This document shows positions 28,585-36,843 of a stretch of DNA of 64,000 nucleotides, one piece after another (the stretch's first letter is position 1; the number at the start of each line of letters is the position of its first letter). Origin of the DNA: Candidatus Fimenecus excrementavium (GTDB lineage: Bacteria; Bacillota; Clostridia; Oscillospirales; Acutalibacteraceae); assembly GCA_018712805.1 (NCBI GenBank), contig DVGI01000020.1, forward strand, positions 51,725-115,724, given 5' to 3'. Made by a program: the position numbers and the translations under genes. A model generated the notes under the pieces. It worked only from the letters and a program-made list of their open reading frames with translations, ran no database searches and was not told where the DNA came from.

Positions 28585-29517
28585 TTAATATACGAAATTG
28601 TTGTACGTTGCGTCTACGTAGCCTGCGCCGGTACCGGTTGCAACGCTCAGTTCCAGCTTCTTAACATCCATCACGTAGTAGTAGTGCAGGGATTCGAGTT
28701 TGCCGTCATCCGTAAGCACAACCGTAACTTCGATTTCCGAGAAGGAAACATCGGAGGATTTGACGGAAAGCAGGCTGCTCAAGAAGCCGAGTGCTTCTTT
28801 GATGCCGTCGGCAACTTCCTGTTGGGTGATGAAGTCATCCGTCAGTCTGTTGAGCGACGTGCCGCCGTCTTTCTGCGGGTTGTCAGCGTTCGCAAGCTTA
28901 AAGGTGTAGGTGTTGCCGTCGACTTTCAGTTCCTGTAAATCGGAAGCCTGCAACTGGGTTGCTTTCAACGCGTAGTTTGCATTGCCGAAAGTTTCTTTGG
29001 CGTCCGCACCTGCGGTGTAAGTTGCGTTTTTATCGCCGCGGCCGATGAAGCCGCCGACAACGGAGTTCAAGTCTGCGTTGGAGTCAACGCGGTGGATAAT
29101 GCCGTTGAGCGTTTCGGTTGCGCTGCCGACGTCAATTGCACGCGTCAGTTCGCATTTTCTCGCCCAAGTGTACCCTGCGTTTGCCGCCTGTGCGGTTGCC
29201 GCGTTAATTGCTTTAACCGCCGCTTCGGCTTCGCTGCTTGCCGGTGCGTTGGCATTTGCCGAACCATTGTCGCCGCTTGCGGAACCGTCGTTCCAGCTCT
29301 GGCCGCCGGCATTGCTGTTCGCATATTCCGCGGCGAGACTGGAAGCTTCCGCTTCAGCCGCTTCGTTGGCTTTTTTCGCCTGGTTATTTGCAAAGAACGC
29401 TACACCGCCGACGAGCACAAGTGCAAGCACGATTGCCCAAAAACGGGTCCAGCCGTTGGAACGTCTGATTTTCCGGGCAGCGAGCTCTTCGAGCGTCAAT
29501 TCTGATTTTTTTGCCAT
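28585..29517 (-). CDS. Membrane-anchored protein, unknown family (paralog 2 of 3)
   Basis: 310 aa. MAKKSELTLEELAARKIRRSNGW, then a TM, an A/S/N-rich linker, then AINAATAQAANAGYTW...DSNADLNSVVGGFIGRG...LNRLTDDFITQQEV...YNNFVY. Confidence 0.8.
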   Translation of the reverse strand: MAKKSELTLEELAARKIRRSNGWTRFWAIVLALVLVGGVAFFANNQAKKANEAAEAEASSLAAEYANSNAGGQSWNDGSASGDNGSANANAPASSEAEAAVKAINAATAQAANAGYTWARKCELTRAIDVGSATETLNGIIHRVDSNADLNSVVGGFIGRGDKNATYTAGADAKETFGNANYALKATQLQASDLQELKVDGNTYTFKLANADNPQKDGGTSLNRLTDDFITQQEVADGIKEALGFLSSLLSVKSSDVSFSEIEVTVVLTDDGKLESLHYYYVMDVKKLELSVATGTGAGYVDATYNNFVY

Positions 29518-29543
29518 GATTCCGTCTCCCTCTATCTTCCGAA

Positions 29544-30479
29544 TTAATATACGAAGTCGCTGTAAGTCGCTTCAGTGTGCATTGCGCCCGTGCCCTTAAC
29601 AGTCAGGATTGCAACTTTCAGACCGAGCTCGGTAACTTCTGCATCATAGGAATAAGTCAGCTTCTGCAGCTTACCGTCGGTGATGGTCACTTCGACTTTG
29701 ATGTTGCTGTATGTGCCGACCAGGCTGCTTACTGTAATGCTGCTGCCGACCTGTTCCTGAATTTCTGCGGAAACTTCTTCCTGCGTGACGATGTCGTCCG
29801 TCAATCTGTTCAATGCGGTGGCACCGTCTTTCTTCGGGGTGTCAGCATTGGCAAGCGTAAAGGTGTATGTATCACCGTTCTTGGTAAGGCCCTGAAGGTC
29901 AGCCGCTTCCAGGGAGGTCGCTTTCAGCTTGTAGCTGTCGCCGTGATAACCGATTTCCGTTGCGGCGTCAGCGCCTTTTGCAATCGTTGCGTCTTTCGTA
30001 CCGATGCCGATGAAGCCACCGACAACGGAGTTGATGTTTGCGTTGGAGTCCACCGCCTGAATAACGGTGTTAATCGCGTTGGTCGCGGTGCTGCCGCCGA
30101 CGTCAATGTCTTTGGTAAACTCACTGGTTCTGTTCCAAGTGTAACCGGCCGCTGCTGCCGCTGCGGTTGCTTCGTTAATCGCTTTCGCAGCTTCTTCCGC
30201 TTCATTGCTTACCGGTGCGGCTGTGTCGGTAGAAGTGCTGCCGCCCGTGGAGGTTCCGGCCGAACCACCGGAGGCTGTGCCGCTGGCCTGCACACTCTGA
30301 TAAATCGTGGTGCCCTGGCCGAATGCCACATAGGTGACCGAATAGACAAAAGCCACGGCCAAGAAGAACACGCATGCCCGAACAAAGGTATCGCCGAAAA
30401 GCTTTCTCTTTTCCTTTTTACGGGTTTCGCGGGCTTGACGTTCTTCAGGCGTGAGCTCAATTTTCTCTTTCTTTGCCAT
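29544..30479 (-). CDS. Membrane-anchored protein, unknown family (paralog 3 of 3)
   Basis: 311 aa. MAKKEKIELTPEERQARE, then a TM, a G/S/T linker, then AINEATAAAAAAGYTW...DSNANINSVVGGFIGIG...LNRLTDDIVTQEEV...YSDFVY. Confidence 0.8.
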   Translation of the reverse strand: MAKKEKIELTPEERQARETRKKEKRKLFGDTFVRACVFFLAVAFVYSVTYVAFGQGTTIYQSVQASGTASGGSAGTSTGGSTSTDTAAPVSNEAEEAAKAINEATAAAAAAGYTWNRTSEFTKDIDVGGSTATNAINTVIQAVDSNANINSVVGGFIGIGTKDATIAKGADAATEIGYHGDSYKLKATSLEAADLQGLTKNGDTYTFTLANADTPKKDGATALNRLTDDIVTQEEVSAEIQEQVGSSITVSSLVGTYSNIKVEVTITDGKLQKLTYSYDAEVTELGLKVAILTVKGTGAMHTEATYSDFVY

Positions 30480-30543
30480 TCTGAATGAATCCCCTTTCTT
30501 ATCAATAAACAGATTAACATCCCATGCTAATCGATACTACTAC

Positions 30544-30572
30544 AATTTACAATAAAATCGCACAAATGTCAA
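30544..30572 (-). promoter_or_regulatory. Promoter candidate for the three-paralog cluster
   Basis: Minus strand: TTGACA, 17 nt, TAAATT, about 65 nt upstream of the ATG at 30479. Confidence 0.5.
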
Positions 30573-30655
30573 TAAAGAATCCTTAAATTTTGACGGATTT
30601 GTGAAAAAAAGGCACCTGTTTTCGGCAAGCGGTGAAAAAAAGAGAAAAAAAGCGG

Positions 30656-33013
30656 TTATTGTGCCGGATTTTTCTTGATTTTCAAGGCAATCACCGTAAT
30701 GTCGTCACACCGACCGGTGGCATTTTGCTTTTTGGCGGCGCGCGCGATTCTTTCGGAAATTTCGGCGCTTGAGTCCTCCGGTTTTGTTTGCGCAAGCGCG
30801 TGTTTGACCGCCTGCGGCGCATCTTCAAAAGCACCGTCCGAGCCTAAAAGCAAAAGGTCGCCTTCCTGCAAAAGGCCTTCGGCGGTGGCAAAGGAAATAT
30901 CGCGCAAAATCCCCGCCGGCAAAGAGGCTTTTTTGACTTCCGTATATTTCCCCTGCCGCAGCAAAATGGATTTTGCCGCGCCCGCTTTATAGAAAGTCGC
31001 GCGGCCTGTGTAAAGGTCGATGTTTAAAATATCGAGCGTGGCGAGCGACTCGTCTTTGGATTTGAGAATTAAAGAGGAATTGACCATTTTCAGCGCGCTC
31101 GAATAGCGAATTCCGGCACGCACCAGCTTTGCCGTCAGAGTCGTTGCCATTGTGCTGTCGAGCGCCGCGCGGGTGCCCTGCCCCATACCGTCGCTTAAAA
31201 TCACGACATAATTGCCGCGCCCGTCATAAAAGCTTTCATAACTGTCGCCGCAAAGCGGCTCATCTTCGGCGGTGATTTTCGCGGCGGCGGCTTCCACCGC
31301 GATTGCCGCGCGTTCACAGTAGGTTAAGTGCAGCCCCGTCTTTGTGCTTTCGGAATACGGCAGTTCGAGCGCACGGCCGGTGGCTTCCTCCAGTGCGGTC
31401 TTCATAGCCGCGCGGTCTGTCGTTGGGAGATTACCGGAAAGTTCCAGTTCCAAGCGCAGTTTCCCCTCCGAATTGTAAATGCAGGTCGCCGCACAGTTGT
31501 CCACGGAAAAGTCGTTTCGCAAAACTTCGCGCACGCGGGCGGCGGCGCTTTCGTCAAAGGTCAGTTCTTCGGAGATTTCCCCGGAAAACTCTTTTAAAAT
31601 ATCGCAAAGCCCGTCAAACTGGTCGGCGGTGGCGCTTCGGATTTCTTCTATTTTCCGCCGGGCGGCGGTGCGCTCGACGCTGCGGACATATTGCCGGTTT
31701 AGGCTTTCGAGCATCGTGGAAAGCTTGATGCACCGCGTGGAAAAGGTCGGCGGGACGTGGGTGGGTTTGAGCGCTTCGTTCGACTGCAGCACCTTGCCCA
31801 TACTCTCAAGCGAAGAAAGCGTCTCGCGGCAGTTTTTCTCCCAACAGACCGCGTAACGCCCGCACCCGCTGCAGACTTCGTCGCGCGCGCGGGCAAAAGC
31901 GTCTTTTTCTTCGGGAAGCATCGAATAGCGCAAAATCTCGGAAACCGAACGCACGGAATGGGACATTTCGTCCACAGCGTGGGCGGCGCTTTGCAGGCGG
32001 TGCAAAATTTCCTGCCGTTGGGGATTGTTTTGCGCGCTGGTCACTACGTCGTCGGTCAGGCGTTCCGCCTTTTGCAAAATTGAGCGCGGCGTAACAAGGA
32101 ACAGCCCGCAGCCGGCAAACGCCTCAGCGAGCAGATAAATTTTATCCGCATCATTGCCGGTCAGCAAAAATGCCGCCGCAAACGAAGCGAAAAACACAAG
32201 CGTTCCGAAATAGCGCTTGCTGTGAAAAAACATGGCTGACAAAAGCCCCGCCGCGCCGTAAGCGCACGCCGCAAGTCCCACATTTTTGTCGGTCAAGAAA
32301 ACCGCTGTGGCGGCAACGCCTGCAATCGCACCGCCGGGCTCTTTGTAAAGCCACGCCGCCAAAAGCATCGCGTAAACAAGCAGCACCCGCGCAAACGAGA
32401 CGCCGTACACCGCAATATCCGAGAAAGAAATGAGCAGCAAATAGGTTGTGGAAACCGCCGCGGGCAAAGCGCGCACGGAAACACCGGTGCGGACGGAAAG
32501 GCCTTTAGCGGTATCCATCGCCGACGAAAAGAAATAGGCGGCAACAAACGCCGTGGCGGATTCGGCAAGATAAAGAAAAAAGCCTTGCAGGCGCATCCCG
32601 TCCGCTGTCAAGAGCGCCATGCCGGTCAAAAAGCAGACCAAAAAGCTGATACAAGCAGGAAGCAGGCGGAAATTGCGGATTTTTTCAAATTCACACGCAA
32701 GCCTTGCGAGCACGCCCGCCGAAAGCAGCGCGGCGATATAGCGCAGCGCCGAAACGCTGTCTTGTGTGAGAATATAGCCGGCGGCCGCGCCGAGCCCTGC
32801 GGATAAAATATAGCGCGACGGCACCGCCGCCAAAAAGCTCACCCCGAAAGGGGAAAGAAGGTCGCCCGTGCGGACGCTCGCCAACAGCAAGCCGCAAAGG
32901 AACAGGAACATATGTAACAGCGTTCGCCGGACGCCTTTCGGCAGCGCCCCCGCGAGACTTTCCGCTTTTTGCGTCCATTCTTTTTTCTGTGTTTCTTTTT
33001 CGGATACGAACAA
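30656..33013 (-). CDS. spoIIE: Stage II sporulation protein E (PP2C phosphatase with a polytopic N-terminus)
   Basis: 785 aa; about 10 predicted TM helices, then PP2C motifs VVILSDGMGQGTRAALDS and LLLGSDGAFE. The TTG start is uncertain. Confidence 0.9.
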   Translation of the reverse strand: MFVSEKETQKKEWTQKAESLAGALPKGVRRTLLHMFLFLCGLLLASVRTGDLLSPFGVSFLAAVPSRYILSAGLGAAAGYILTQDSVSALRYIAALLSAGVLARLACEFEKIRNFRLLPACISFLVCFLTGMALLTADGMRLQGFFLYLAESATAFVAAYFFSSAMDTAKGLSVRTGVSVRALPAAVSTTYLLLISFSDIAVYGVSFARVLLVYAMLLAAWLYKEPGGAIAGVAATAVFLTDKNVGLAACAYGAAGLLSAMFFHSKRYFGTLVFFASFAAAFLLTGNDADKIYLLAEAFAGCGLFLVTPRSILQKAERLTDDVVTSAQNNPQRQEILHRLQSAAHAVDEMSHSVRSVSEILRYSMLPEEKDAFARARDEVCSGCGRYAVCWEKNCRETLSSLESMGKVLQSNEALKPTHVPPTFSTRCIKLSTMLESLNRQYVRSVERTAARRKIEEIRSATADQFDGLCDILKEFSGEISEELTFDESAAARVREVLRNDFSVDNCAATCIYNSEGKLRLELELSGNLPTTDRAAMKTALEEATGRALELPYSESTKTGLHLTYCERAAIAVEAAAAKITAEDEPLCGDSYESFYDGRGNYVVILSDGMGQGTRAALDSTMATTLTAKLVRAGIRYSSALKMVNSSLILKSKDESLATLDILNIDLYTGRATFYKAGAAKSILLRQGKYTEVKKASLPAGILRDISFATAEGLLQEGDLLLLGSDGAFEDAPQAVKHALAQTKPEDSSAEISERIARAAKKQNATGRCDDITVIALKIKKNPAQ

Positions 33014-33144
33014 AAAATCACCCCGCCCGTCGGTAAAATGTCAAACAAATTGTTTTTGCCGGACAAGCTCCGGCACGATAGACATTATACCCGCGACGCG
33101 GTGAAAGAAGCGTCGGTTTGTGCTGTTGAAAAAAGTTGTTTTTA

Positions 33145-33178
33145 TGAAAAAACGCCCGTCCTCTGAAAAGGACGGGCG
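33145..33178 (-). terminator. Rho-independent terminator after the PspC-domain gene
   Basis: CGCCCGTCC-8 nt-GGACGGGCG, followed on the minus strand by TTTTTTC. Confidence 0.75.
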
Positions 33179-33196
33179 AAAAAACAGCTTTTTGGC

Positions 33197-33403
33197 TTAC
33201 GGTTCCACATCAAACGGCGCCGCCGGAATGATAACAGCGCAGATAATATAGAGCACAAGGCCGGGGAATCCGGCGGAAAACACGCAAAGCGCGGCATAGA
33301 GAATCCGAATTAAGGTGGAATCCACATTCAGATATTCCGCAAGCCCGCCGAGCACGCCGCAAAGCATTTTATCGGTATTGCTTCTGTACAGTTTCTTTTT
33401 CAT
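33197..33403 (-). CDS. PspC-domain membrane protein
   Basis: 68 aa; DKMLCGVLGGLAEYLNVDSTLIRILY plus one TM. Confidence 0.85.
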   Translation of the reverse strand: MKKKLYRSNTDKMLCGVLGGLAEYLNVDSTLIRILYAALCVFSAGFPGLVLYIICAVIIPAAPFDVEP

Positions 33404-33448
33404 AAAGCATTGACTCCTTTTTATTTATAGTATGCGTCTTTGTGACGG

Positions 33449-34354
33449 TTAGTCCGTATCGTTGCCGACTTCGAGTTTGCCGGTTTCTATCTGCACCGAG
33501 ACAGTTTGCGTTGTTTGCCCGTCTGCGGAAAGCGTAACTTTACCGCTGACGCCGGCGCCCGACCGTTTGGATTCCACAAAATAGCTTCTCTGCACGCCGT
33601 CGTCAAACTCAACTGTGCCGGTGGTAACGGCATAATTCAGCGTAAACGGCGTTGCCGCGGGAACGTCATAATCCACTTCGCCGCGGACGACTGCAATTTG
33701 CAAAGCCCCGACATTGGTGTTGCGGTCGACGCTCACGTCGCCGGTTGTCACGTTGACGGTCACGGTGTCCGCCGTTATATATTCAAGCTCCGCGTCGCCG
33801 GTCGTTACCGTTGCCGTCAAGGTGCCGGGCGTAATACCGGTTGCGTCAATGTCGCCGATTCCGGTAGAAACCGTGATATTTTTCACTTGGTCCGGCACGC
33901 GAATTTCCAAAACGGCTTTTACGCCGCTGCCTTGCTGTTCCGCCGAAGAGAGCGTAACTTCGGAATCCTTCTGCACCGAAACGGTATAGACGGGCTCGCT
34001 CAACTGCCCGTAGGCATATTGCTGTAAATTCACTTCCACACGGTCTCCTGTGCCTTTGACCAGCCGGATGTCGCCTCTGTCCGCACGAACGGTCAGGGTT
34101 TCACCCGCTTGAAAATCCAAAGACTCCGTGCTTTGCAGCGGCGCGTCGTCATCGTCTTGTATTTCCTGTTGTATCTGTTGTCCGATTTGTCCGGAAATAT
34201 TGTTGCCGCGTACTTCATTCCACCACTGACGCGCAACGCCGGAGGGACCGAACAGACCGCCCACCGCCTGTGTACCCAGCGCCGCGGCGAAACCGACCGT
34301 CGAAAGTAAGGAAATCACGCAAAGAATTGCGCAAGCAATCATCGCTTTTTTCAT
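33449..34354 (-). CDS. DUF4097-like beta-helical repeat protein (membrane-anchored or secreted)
   Basis: 301 aa; N-terminal hydrophobic segment; repeated ...GDI/GDV... beta-strand units (TGIGDIDATG, TTGDAELEY, TTGDVSVD). Confidence 0.65.
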   Translation of the reverse strand: MKKAMIACAILCVISLLSTVGFAAALGTQAVGGLFGPSGVARQWWNEVRGNNISGQIGQQIQQEIQDDDDAPLQSTESLDFQAGETLTVRADRGDIRLVKGTGDRVEVNLQQYAYGQLSEPVYTVSVQKDSEVTLSSAEQQGSGVKAVLEIRVPDQVKNITVSTGIGDIDATGITPGTLTATVTTGDAELEYITADTVTVNVTTGDVSVDRNTNVGALQIAVVRGEVDYDVPAATPFTLNYAVTTGTVEFDDGVQRSYFVESKRSGAGVSGKVTLSADGQTTQTVSVQIETGKLEVGNDTD

Positions 34355-34369
34355 AAACGCTCTCCCTCC

Positions 34370-34915
34370 TTAAAATCCCGCACGCTTGTAGCTTAACTTC
34401 AACAGCCACGTCATTAAAAGGAATATAAACAGCCCCGCGGTAAACAAACACACGCAAAGCGAGACCAAAAAACCGACCATACCGGCAGTCGGCACGAACG
34501 CGACCGCGAAAATCGAGATCAGCAGCACAATAAGCGGAGAAGCCATTAAGGTAACGGCCGTCGGGTAAACGCCGAACGCGCAAACCACCAACAAGGCAAA
34601 CATTATGCTCCACAATGTGTGGTTGCGTCGTTCGTAAACCGCTTTTTGCGCCGCGGCGGCTGCGTTATACTTCGGCGGTTCGGTTGCAGGCTTCGGCGGC
34701 TGCTGTGGGACGGTGTAAGCCCCCGGCTGACGAAGATATTGCAACGCGCAGCTATATGGGTTGCCGAGCTCTTGGCAGATTTGCGCTTCGGTTTTGCCCG
34801 ATTCAAGCCCCGCCTGAAAATGCTCTTCAAAATCCGCCAAAATTTCATCGCGATCGGCGGCGGCAAGCGGAAGAAGATGGTTTTGAAGTTGTTGTAAAAA
34901 TTCAGCTTTGGTCAT
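34370..34915 (-). CDS. DUF1700-family membrane protein (HAAS-type sensor partner of PadR)
   Basis: 181 aa; MTKAEFLQQLQNHLLPLAAADRDEILADFEEHFQAGLESGKTEAQICQELGNP, then TM helices. Overlaps the PadR stop by 4 nt. Confidence 0.75.
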   Translation of the reverse strand: MTKAEFLQQLQNHLLPLAAADRDEILADFEEHFQAGLESGKTEAQICQELGNPYSCALQYLRQPGAYTVPQQPPKPATEPPKYNAAAAAQKAVYERRNHTLWSIMFALLVVCAFGVYPTAVTLMASPLIVLLISIFAVAFVPTAGMVGFLVSLCVCLFTAGLFIFLLMTWLLKLSYKRAGF

Positions 34916-35229
34916 TGCCCGTCACCTCCGATAAATGTGGAAACGCTTTTTGTAAATTCCTGCCACTCTTGTGCAAGATGTGCTTGCATATCTTTCCCTT
35001 TTTGGGTCAATTTATAGTATTTGCGCGCCGGTCCCGAAGTGGATTCTTTCAAATAGACTTCAAAATACCCCTCGGCGCGCAGCCGCTTGAGCAGCGGATA
35101 AATCGTGCCTTCGGAAATGTCAATTTGTTTTCCGACGGTGTCCGCCAGCTCATAGCCGTACTTGTCGCCCTGTTTCAAAAGCGAAAGCACGCAAAGCTCC
35201 AGCACGCCTTTTTTGAATTGTGTATTCAT
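34912..35229 (-). CDS. PadR-family transcriptional regulator
   Basis: 105 aa from MNTQFKKGVLELCVLSLLKQGDKYGYELADTV...GTIYPLLKRLRAEGYF; AAAGGAG SD. The upstream 27 codons of the track ORF are rejected. Confidence 0.9.
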   Translation of the reverse strand: MNTQFKKGVLELCVLSLLKQGDKYGYELADTVGKQIDISEGTIYPLLKRLRAEGYFEVYLKESTSGPARKYYKLTQKGKDMQAHLAQEWQEFTKSVSTFIGGDGQ

Positions 35230-35618
35230 AACGCGCTCCTTTCCGTCCAAATTCGGCTCTCGGCCGTTTTCTCTTTCGACAGCTAAAGCATAACACACAT
35301 TACCTTGCAATGCAATATACTTTATATTATTTAATAATTTCTTAATAATTGTTTATTTCCGCGCTCTACTGCCCGGACGGCGTTCGGGTTTCATACGGCT
35401 GAAATTTTCGGATTGTATTCCGACAGAGTATTTCTTTTTTCGGCCTGCCCCTATATAATAAGGGCAAACAAAAACCCTTTCTTTTTTTTGAGAAATGCTG
35501 TGCCGCGGTGCTTTCGGCGATACGTAACGTTTCCGCCCTTGTACGGGACTGCATTTCTCGCGATATGTTCTTTCTCCTGCCCCCCTCTTGTGCCGCTTTT
35601 TTGCGGCGCAACCCCTTC

Positions 35619-35789
35619 TTAGCCCCCGCCGAAAAGCGGGGGCTTACTTTTTTTATGCCCGAAACGTAAAAGCACTTGTTCCCGCTTCGGCGAAAAGCCA
35701 AGGTAAATGACTGGTTTTGCCTGTTGCCGAATATGGCGCAGATACTGCTGTCCCCAAACGCCGACGCGGGTAATAAATTCATCTTTCAA
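35619..35789 (-). pseudogene. Possible truncated TnpV-like (transposon-associated) gene remnant, 56 codons
   Basis: GGAGG SD lies 7 nt before the TTG. (M)KDEFITRVGVWGQQYLRHIRQQAKPVIY... recalls the IGxWGQxxLRYLK motif of TnpV proteins (from memory). The reading frame ends inside the hairpin at 35621-35644. Confidence 0.3.
35621..35654 (+). terminator. Strong orphan hairpin plus T-run on the plus strand (no plus-strand gene upstream)
   Basis: AGCCCCCGC-6 nt-GCGGGGGCT, then TAC and T7. A second small hairpin GCCGC-T6-GCGGC lies at about 35592-35607. Confidence 0.45.
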
Positions 35790-35870
35790 AGCAAAATCCT
35801 CCTTTGCAAGTACATTGTACCGCAACGGAGGAAATAACAAAAATGTGCGATTTGAATTTACAGAAACATA

Positions 35871-35899
35871 TTGACTAATCACGGTTTTTGAACTATAAT
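35871..35899 (+). promoter_or_regulatory. Canonical sigma-A promoter at the start of the low-GC cassette
   Basis: TTGACT, 17 nt, TATAAT on the plus strand. The first SD-preceded ORF begins about 320 nt downstream. Confidence 0.55.
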
Positions 35900-36096
35900 A
35901 CATTTGTCAAGTGATAATGTGTCCTTTAGTATTGAAGATTCGTAGAATGAGAGTACGAATTAGATTCGGAAGGGTTTGGGCATTTGACAAACAAATGAGT
36001 AAATCATCGAAACTATTGATTCCTTACAAATTCTCATTATGGAATCAAGAAAGCAGTTGTGTTGGTTGACTGTAGTTGTCCCCCTGTTGTTTCGTT

Positions 36097-36207
36097 GCTT
36101 TACACCACATTACGAACCGATAGTATTTCATCGGTCTTGTTTTGTTGCGTGTAAAGCAGTATATCTGTAATCGTCGTCCACGCACAATGCAAGTGCGTGG
36201 ATTTTTT
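36097..36207 (+). promoter_or_regulatory. Structured leader: nested hairpin followed by a terminator-like hairpin immediately upstream of the SD
   Basis: Outer 9-bp stem GCTTTACAC (36097-36105) / GTGTAAAGC (36149-36157) encloses ACCGAT-8 nt-ATCGGT plus CTTGTTTTGTT. Then comes TCCACGCAC-7 nt-GTGCGTGGA plus T6 (36177-36207). Confidence 0.45.
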
Positions 36208-36228
36208 CGGTTCAGAAAGGAGAAAAAG

Positions 36229-36456
36229 ATGAGCGGTAAAAAAGTATCGGGGAAGACTCATACCAAAGAGCAACTGGACAGTTGGGCAAACCAGAACAAT
36301 CCAAACAATAAGGCGTATCGGTCAAATGCTAATAATCACGCTAACCAATTGAATCCAAATCGCAAAACACATCAGCAGATTCACAACTCTAACCGTAGGC
36401 ATAAAGATCAAATCTGGCCCGAATGGGCACCCGACTACCCGGAATATGATGATTAA
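36229..36456 (+). CDS. Small basic N/H/Q-rich protein, 75 aa, unknown function
   Basis: AAAGGAG SD; MSGKKVSGKTHTKEQLDSWANQNNPNNKAYRSNANNHANQLNPNRKTHQQIHNSNRRHKDQIWPEWAPDYPEYDD. Low GC: the row at 36301 is 37%. Confidence 0.6.
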   Translation: MSGKKVSGKTHTKEQLDSWANQNNPNNKAYRSNANNHANQLNPNRKTHQQIHNSNRRHKDQIWPEWAPDYPEYDD

Positions 36457-36470
36457 AAAGGAGAATCAAA

Positions 36471-36653
36471 ATGAGCAAACATTTCTTTGATTTTGAAGAT
36501 GGCGACTTTACCCATACGATATCGGATAATATGGCTATTGATTCCGATTGTGATCTTCTGATGAGACTGGGCGATAACATGGCGATGGATATGGATACTG
36601 GTGATATTCATATCATATCATCGTGGTCTAACGATGACGAAGACGACGATTAA
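36471..36653 (+). CDS. Small strongly acidic protein, 60 aa, unknown function
   Basis: AAAGGAGAA SD; MSKHFFDFEDGDFTHTISDNMAIDSDCDLLMRLGDNMAMDMDTGDIHIISSWSNDDEDDD, with the internal repeat DNMA[IM]D. Confidence 0.6.
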   Translation: MSKHFFDFEDGDFTHTISDNMAIDSDCDLLMRLGDNMAMDMDTGDIHIISSWSNDDEDDD

Positions 36654-36675
36654 ATAGAATCATACCTCAATGCAA

Positions 36676-36712
36676 AAATCCCTCTGCCGGTTTCCCGACA
36701 GAGGGATTTTTT
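36676..36712. terminator. Bidirectional rho-independent terminator
   Basis: AAATCCCTCTG-12 nt-CAGAGGGATTT, flanked by A5 and T6. Confidence 0.8.
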
Positions 36713-36843
36713 AGATATAAATTGCTACCTTTACATCTTTCCAACTTGATGTCTTGAAGTGGTGCACATCCGAAACTGTTTCCAGATACTTATGAGCATA
36801 CGCTTCGTCAATCGTCAAATCGGCAACTTTGAGAAAGGAACAA

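Noticed and set aside
36039-36170. A 43-aa hydrophobic ORF (MESRKQLCWLTVVVPLLFRCF...) in the cassette leader, resembling a type I toxin.
   Set aside because: It has no SD and overlaps the predicted leader hairpins. It is more simply explained as non-coding structured RNA.
36713-36843. The tail of track ORF 36711-36983, which reads ...KVADLTIDEAYAHKYLETVSDVHHFKTSSWKDVKVAIYI between the ppdK stop and the terminator.
   Set aside because: There is no in-frame start with an SD outside ppdK, and the upstream part is simply the antisense or overlap frame of ppdK. It may be a tiny gene remnant but is not supportable as a feature.
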